From: the human T2T-CHM13v2.0 reference genome, Homo sapiens
DNA length: 64,000 nucleotides
Assembly (NCBI RefSeq): GCF_009914755.1
Contig: NC_060925.1
Reading direction: 5' to 3' (one strand)
The first letter of the stretch is position 1; every line of letters begins with the position of its first letter. A model generated the notes under the pieces. The model was not told where the DNA came from. It saw only the letters and a program-made list of their open reading frames with translations, and ran no database searches. Position numbers and translations under genes: made by a program. Shown piece after piece: positions 52,563 to 64,000 of this stretch.

Positions 52563-55157
52563 TGACCTCAGGTGATCCGCCCGCCTTGGCCTCCCGAAGT
52601 GCTGAGATTACAGGTGTAAGCCACAGTGCCCGGCGCTAAATGTAATTTCTATAGCATTAATAAGTATTCCAGGAGGTAGTTAAATCAAGGAACAAGGTAC
52701 TTAATGAAGTTTTAAAATACAGCTTTGGAATGGTTATTATTAGCAATCATCATACTGTTAATTTCTAGTTGAAAGAATAACAGGCTCACAAAAATTTCTA
52801 AGTCTTAGGAGAAGACCGATTTTGGTGGAAAGTGGGTCAGAAGAGCATGTGCAACTCAAGGATTGCTGAGGATGAACAAGTGCATAGGGTAAAGTTGCTT
52901 CATCATGAAAGGTGAGTATTTAGGGTAGAGACTGCGGTCTTGGTCTACATTACTTGGTTGAGATTATAAAATGGTTTCTGTCGACCCTCTCTACAATCAG
53001 TGACAAATTGTACTAATAATGATGGACTCCTAAAAACCCTCAGTAGCCAATCAGGTTGCAACCTCCTTCACCTTGAAGCTTTTTCCTAGAGAATATTTTC
53101 TTTCCGAAGGTTGTGTGGTACTTCCACTCTCCTTGATTCCACCTTGGAAACACTGGCTACTACTTCATAAAGAACTGGAAGGTAGGTGTGGTGGAGTCAA
53201 CTAGAATCCCTCTTTTCTAAACCCTTTGGACTTCCAACTTTATCTGGGCTAAAGGGGCAAACACGTTAGCCACAAACTCGGGTTTTTGTTAGACAGAGTA
53301 TCCATATTTTATTTATTTATTTATTTATTTAATTTTTTGAGACGGAGTCTCGCTCTGTCACCCAGGCTCGAGTGCAGCGGCGTGATCTCGGCTCACTGCA
53401 AGCTCTGCCTCCCGGGTTCACGCCATTCTCCAGCCTCAGCCTCCTGAGTAGCTAGGACTACAGGCGGCCGCCACCACGCCCAGCTAATTAGAGTATCCAT
53501 ATTTTTAAGTAGCTGTGAGTGATTAGGAGAAAAATACTTCAATGAGCTCTTGGGCTTTGTTCTGAAGTCGAAAGGGCCTAGTAAAAATGTGTAATCTCCA
53601 TCCTGGTTTTGGTGTTTGGGGCAAAAATAGTGCCTAATGTTGCACAACACTGTGTGCTCTTGAGTGTAGTTTGCGGATGAGTTATATTAATGAATACACA
53701 TTGTGATAGAGGTGTGTGTGTGTGTTTCCGTGCTTTTTTTTTTTTTTTTTTTTTTGGAGACGGAGTCTCATTCTGTTGCCCAGGCTGGAGTGCAGTGGCA
53801 CAATCTCGGCTCACTGCAACCTCTGCCTCCTGAGTTCAAGCGATTTTCTCCTGCCTCAGCCTCCTGAGTAGCTGGGATTATAGGTGCCTGCCACCATGCG
53901 CAGCTAATTTTTGTGCTTTTAGTAGAGACGGTGTTTCACTATGTTGGCCAGGCTGGTCTCGAACTCCTGACCTCAAGTGATCTGCCAGCCTCGGCCTCCC
54001 GTATTGTTTTTAAATGGCTTGTTGGATAGGCTTGATGAAGTGTGCTGGATTATTTCCTCCATTGTCTCCTGTTCTCTCCCTCCCACAGCAAGACTAGAAG
54101 AGCAACAACACACTTCTATACAGGTCTCTAGTAGTCTCTTTGGAGGGGTAGGCCAATAAGAACCAACCTGCTGGTCCCTACCCCCAACCCCTCTGGTGAC
54201 TTCTGAATCCAGTTTCAATATTGTTAAATTTCAGGGAAGAAAGTGATAATGTGGAAAAGTGCCAAAACTCAGTCTGATTTTTCCTGGCAGCTTTCCCTTG
54301 GTGTCATTGGTAAGTTCCGCATTTCACTGGAGTGGAGTGCCACACTGCTACTATGACTATAGTAGTCACTCCCACGCCTGACTTTTTTGTTTGGTCCATT
54401 TTATCTTTAGGAATAGGCATTTTCTGTAGGGATAGATGGGTTTAAACCCTATTAAAGCTAGTCAGAATGTTTTTCATTAGGGGCCACTCAATTCCTGTCT
54501 TATACCTAATAGATTTCTTTGGATTTTCTTTGATTCTTATACAAAAACACCCAGTATCATCATGCTGGAGGATTCTCTTAAGGTGGTTGCTTTGCAGAGA
54601 ACAGACAGCACATTTGCTTTTTTAGCCACCTATCCTATTTCATAGGACTGCATGCCTGCCTCCCTCCATTTTGTCTGTGCTTACACTGTTTTTTCCTTCT
54701 CTTTCCAACTCTTCTACAGAACTTGTGTTGGAATAAAAGACTCCATTCCAGATCCATTCCAGAGTTGCTGTGAGAAACTTCCCCACTGACTCTTTTTCCT
54801 AACTCAGTAAAATGGCAGTGTAAGAAAGCTTTATGCAGGCAAGGGCTGAAAGAAATCTCCACCTAGAATACAGTGTTTGATTTTTCCTTCTGATTTTCTT
54901 GTCAACTCTCAAAAACTTCCCTTATAATCATTTTATATGTGTGAAATTTCCCTAGGTTGGTTTTAAAGAACAAAACAAAACAAAAGCAACCTACATTGGT
55001 TTAACATGGGAAATCCTAGATAACAGACTTTTCCTGTTCCTGGGCAATAGCCTTCTGTGCTAAGATTGGTGACCTTACCTTGGTAATATTGTTGGTGCTT
55101 AGCCTTCCAGATCTAAAAACAGCTTAGTGTAATAAGTACCAAGCACAAAATTGTTAA

Positions 55158-55413
<256 letters not shown>

Positions 55414-56169
55414 TAGCAAGGATGGTCTCGATCTCCTGACCTCGTGATCTGCCTGCCTCGGCCTCCCAAAGTGCTGGGATTACAGGCGTGCGCCACCACG
55501 CGCGGCTCAAGCTTTAAGTAGGTTTTTCATACAGTATTTTTTGTATTAGTTGGTGAATACAAATCTTCAATGAGCTCAGCAGAAATAAGAAATCCAAATT
55601 TCCTGATCTGCCCAGTGGTTTTATGAAACCCCAGTCCCGTTTTTTTGTTTTTTGTTTTTTTAAAAAATATTAGTAGTAGCTTTACTCAGTCTTTTCCACA
55701 AAAATAAGCTCACTGGTCAGCAAGCTCACCAGTGAGACTGGTGAGTGAGGCTGTACTTAGAAGAATATGAAAGCCTTGGTATCTTTTTCCTCATATTAGA
55801 CTGGCCCTGGGTGTTATTTTTGTTTGAAACCTGCCACAAGCCAGACCAGCCTGGACTTTTACTTATTTTATTTTTTATTTCAGTTTTGGTGGAGGTGGTG
55901 GTGAGGGTAATTTTTAATTTATATTGAGACAAAATAAGCTGGCTGACTTATGCCTGAGGCTCTTTTTTTCACAGCTACTTTGGGGAAAAAAAGTCTCATT
56001 CAGAAATTAACATTTCTCAAAATGTGTTCCTTATTCTGAAATATAAATGACCCCAAATTGCTTAAGAGTTTGAGATGAGTGGGGAAAAGATCTAGAAAAG
56101 CATTTATTGTGTGCCAACCAAGTTTGAGGCCTCCTGGTTTGCTCCTTTGGGATTCTAGATCCTTGGCAG

Positions 56170-57400
56170 TCACAGTTTTACCGCGAAGAGCTGTTGAATG
56201 CCATTCCGAGTTCATTCCATTTTTCTCCGTGTGTGCATCCAGTTCGTATTTTACAGCTCCCGTATGGGAGCCGGTAACATAATGAATTGCCTTGACTCTC
56301 GCTTCAATCCACTTTCCTCGCTTAATATGCAGCCCAAAGTTTTGCAGCTCGCTGTCAGATGGTAGTGCTAGACTTTCACACCGATCCCAAAGCCTCCGCT
56401 GGGGCTGTTTCTTAACACGGAGTTACAAACTTTAAGAACAGACAGCTCCAGACGGAAATCCACGCCAGGCTTTGAACTCTGCTTCTGGCTTCCGTCAACT
56501 GACATAGTTGCCCTTTTGCTCAAACTCGCAGCTCCAGTTCGCACTCGAGAGAGCTCTGCTGGGTGTCTGCTGCTGTTCCGCGGCGGGAACGTGTGGGGGC
56601 AACAACCTGGCGCTCCAGCGATTCTCCACGCCTTAGTTAGGAATCTAAGCAAACCCTCGCTAGGGTCCCTGGGCTTAAGACGACTTCTCCCACAAGGATT
56701 GGGTGGAGGAAGGAGCCGAGCCCGATCTTCTGTTTGTTTGTTGAGTTTTGTATTTCAGACATTTAGGGGAAGCAAATTGCGAGAAAGGAAGGGCTGTCTT
56801 CCCTGCAAACGTTTCCCTCTCCTAGCAAACCCTCCAGGCCTCGGTTCCACATTTTGCAGTTGACTCTCTGGATTTTAATAGGTTGTTCCCTTGTCCTCGG
56901 GCCCAATCCATGCACGCTGTGCAGCCGGATAAAATGGGAGCACATCCTCTGCCATTTTCAGCCGGTTTGTCCTGGCAGCCCTGCCCCCTTCCTTGGCTGC
57001 TCTGCCGCTGGAGTTAATACGCCCAGAAACTCCGCCTGATCCTCCAGGCCTCAAATCCAGTCCGCGTTTGCTAAGTGCCGTGCGGTCGGGGACGGCGATA
57101 AGAACTCTCCTGTGAGGGAGAGCTAGCGAGACTTTAGTCCGGTTTCCATGTCAACGATTCAGTCCATATTTGCCATCAGGCTGTTGGCCGAGGTGCTTTC
57201 GCGAGGGTAGCGCTGTCCTAGTCCTAGTTCTCCAATCTGCGCCGGGATTCCTGAGCTGCCTGGGTGTGGGGTTAAAAGGCAGGGGCCGTGGGGGAAAAAA
57301 CTCCACCGAAGGGAGGACCCACTGCCCCCAGCCGGGGTCTCGCTGCTCGGGCCAGCCACGTGCCCAGCTCCTCCCCTCCCCCGCTTTCCCGTTGCCACTG
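56170..57400. promoter_or_regulatory. secondary CpG-enriched unique region ~3 kb upstream of ARID1A (enhancer or divergent-transcript promoter candidate)
   Basis: Repeat-free and clearly CpG-richer than its flanks. ETS-like ACGGAAAT at ~56452 and TTTCGCGAG at ~57197. Confidence 0.45.
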
Positions 57401-59019
57401 CCCTTAGGGAAAGCTGATGGGCCAGTTTCTAAAAAAGTTCCCTCAGCCCAACATTTCCTGGGATTGTGGTGTGGGGCTCTAAAAGTAAAAGTGGAAGAGA
57501 ACCCTAGTGAATTAAAAAAAAAAAAAAGTAGAGAAATTCCACATTATCTCCTCCAACCCAGGTGGATAGATTTTTGTGCACTTTACCTTATTGCTAGAGA
57601 AAAATGGTGACTGTTTTCAAAACAGCTTGCCCACGTGTAGGGAAGGAGATTTTTGGCGCTTTCCATATTTCACAGCCATTGAAGAAAGGGGATGAGGGCT
57701 TTCTTTGGAGAGAAATCCATTCTAGCTTCCAGATTTTCACTGGGCTCCAGGTTTCCCATTACACCCCAGCTCTAAGGAAAATGGCAGAGTAATGGCATGT
57801 AAAAAAATCCTCATTTGTGTGCAGGACTCAGGACTGTTTGCCAGCTCAGGGGCAGTTGATTAAATAGCCAAGCTCTATTTATGAGGCAGCCTATAATTTG
57901 GTTTCTAGGACCTAATGCACCGGGGAGAGTTGTTGCCCCTGAGGACTGTGAGTGAAAAGAGGGCACTGGCCCATACCAGTCAGTCGGATCTTCTTGGTAG
58001 GCTGGTTTGGTTCTTGGCTTGAGGCCGGGGGAGGGGAGAAGAATAAAACTGTGGGATTTTTTTTTTTTTTAAATCTCATCACTCTTAGATTAACAGGAAG
58101 GTTTTGCCTTTCTGGTGTAGGATGCAGTAAGTTTTCTTGGGGAGAGAAATGAGTTCAGGCTTTGGAATTATTCATAGTGACCAGGGACATTGCCAGCACT
58201 CCCGGGTCCTGCATAATCTAAGATAATGCTCCTGTGGCCATGAAGTCTCCCTTTACAAAATCTGAGGGGGAAAAGAGATCCTGGTGTCTAGGAACACTGG
58301 CCTGGGCCTTTCCCAAGGCAGCCTTGGGTCTGGTGAGGAGCTGGAATCCCCTCTGGCTTTTGTAGCCTGTCATATCAGAACATTCCAAGTCAGCCTGAGG
58401 AAGAAAAGGCTGCTGCTGGGATTTGGTGGGGCCTGTAGATCAGGAGAACACTGGAGCTTTCTGTGTATGTCGATCTTTTCAGATAAACCTGGCCTTCTAC
58501 CCAACTCCAGCTCAATCGGGGTCTCTTAGAATGTAATGGTAAACTTTAAACAATCTTTACGCTACAGGATAGAAAACAAATCTGACAAGCATCCATTTTC
58601 TAAGTGACTTGTTGGACTGTGCCTTTTCTTCAAGGAGAAAATGGTTTCCATTTTCTGCATCTCTCTTCTGTAATGGTTTGAACACTCAGGTTCCTGCAGT
58701 CCCTGGAGCCTCTTCTGTGGGTTTTCAGTATTAGAAGGTACTGTCTTTGGAGACTGGGGCTACTTGTCATGGTAGGCTAAGTTTTCTTAAGAGGGAGTGA
58801 GAAACGGTGTTTAGGTTTTCCTGCTGGGTAACTGTTCTATGCTCCTAAAGCAACTTCAGTGGCCTCCATTTTAAGTTAGTGGTGAGATGATCAGTTTTGA
58901 CTTCAAATCCATTTTGATATTCTGATCCCATTGTTGAATGTGCTCACAACTTGATTTTTTTTTTTTTTAAAGGCAAGTAGACCGAAGGCAGCTTTGGTGA
59001 CTCCACTTCTTTTTAAAGT

Positions 59020-59135
59020 CACCCTCCTCTGCCCTCTGACTTTAAGTGACAGGCAGTTCCCTCCCCTCTCTTTCAATTCTGTAAAATGGGGATAATCCGG
59101 ACCTCATGCCCCCAGAGCCTTGTAAGGACCGGCTA
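59020..59135. mobile_element. MIR at the edge of the ARID1A CpG island
   Basis: GTGACAGGCAGTTCCCTCCCCTCTCT...CTGTAAAATGGGGATAAT core. Confidence 0.6.
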
Positions 59136-59975
59136 ATAAGGGCAGGCGAGTGGGAAACGAATCGTCTGAACAATGATCAGTCATTCTTTCGGGCTTGCAA
59201 AGAGGGTAAAAAAGGTTGGGTCTTTAGCGGGGTCCGTAGAAGGCTTTGAAGACGAAAAGTGCTGTAGAGGTGCTAAGCAGCAGCCAACGGACCGGGCCCG
59301 CTGCCAGGGGGTCAGGGCTGGGCCGAGGCGGCCGCGGTCTCAGGCTCTGGCCAATTTTGCAGCCGCGGGTAAAGTTCACGCTGCCCGCTCCCCTCGGTAC
59401 GGCCGGGAGGGGACAGACCTGGATAGGGACGCCGGGAGGGAGGCGGCGCAGGCTCCAGAGATGCGCGGGCTCCGGGCCGGGTTTTCTCCGAAGCCTTCGG
59501 CGGCGGCGCTGCCTAGCGAAAGCGGCTGAGGGCCTGCCGCCGCCGCGGCTTGTTCTCTCCCCTCCTCCTTTGTGAAGGGAAGGGAGCGAGTCCGTTCCAC
59601 GGCCTGCGCCCGCTCCGCTCTCCACTCCGGGTTTGCCAGGCGGCCGCGACGGCGCTGGGTAAAATGGCAGTGCTGAGCCTCGTGTCGGAGTGAGGGGGAC
59701 TCGGAGGAGAGTGGGGCGCTCTAGCCGCTCAGTCCGGCCGACCGCTTGCTCGCCCGCCCGCTGCCGCGCAGCAGCCTCGACCCAAGCCGCAGCTGGCGAG
59801 GGGAGGCAGGGCGCCGGGCTCGGCCCGCGCTCTGACTCTGGCTCCCGGCGCCCCGGCTGCTGCCGCGCGCCCTCCAGCCCGCCCGTCCCGGGTCCCCCTC
59901 CCCCCGCTCCCTCCCTCCCTCCCCGCCCCCTCCCCCTCGCCTCCCTCCCTCCCTCCCTCCTCCTTTCTCCGGCAG

Positions 59976-64000
<4,025 letters not shown>

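Overview
Human (primate) genomic DNA from the ARID1A upstream region (1p36.11), identified from the protein sequence. About 55 kb of very Alu-dense intergenic DNA with old L1, L2, MIR, LTR and DNA-transposon fragments is followed by the ARID1A CpG-island promoter, 5'UTR, coding exon 1 (60349-61485; 379 codons) and the start of intron 1. Nearly all short ORFs in the track are Alu or low-complexity artefacts. The unusual structure lies at 2.1-14.1 kb: a ~3.4-kb inverted duplication (left arm ~2107-5525, right arm ~10468-14122) with mosaic ~90-99.5% identity flanks a ~4.9-kb potentially invertible spacer. Each arm carries a ROMO1 processed pseudogene. The spacer holds a U3 fragment, a U13 retrocopy and a ~535-bp retrocopy with poly(A) tail and target-site duplications. 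That retrocopy's ORF matches the signal peptide and N-terminal prodomain of GDF15, lacks any mature TGF-beta domain, and looks too diverged to come from GDF15 itself, so it may record an undescribed truncated GDF15 paralogue. Family assignments rest on recalled consensus and protein sequences; no searches were run.
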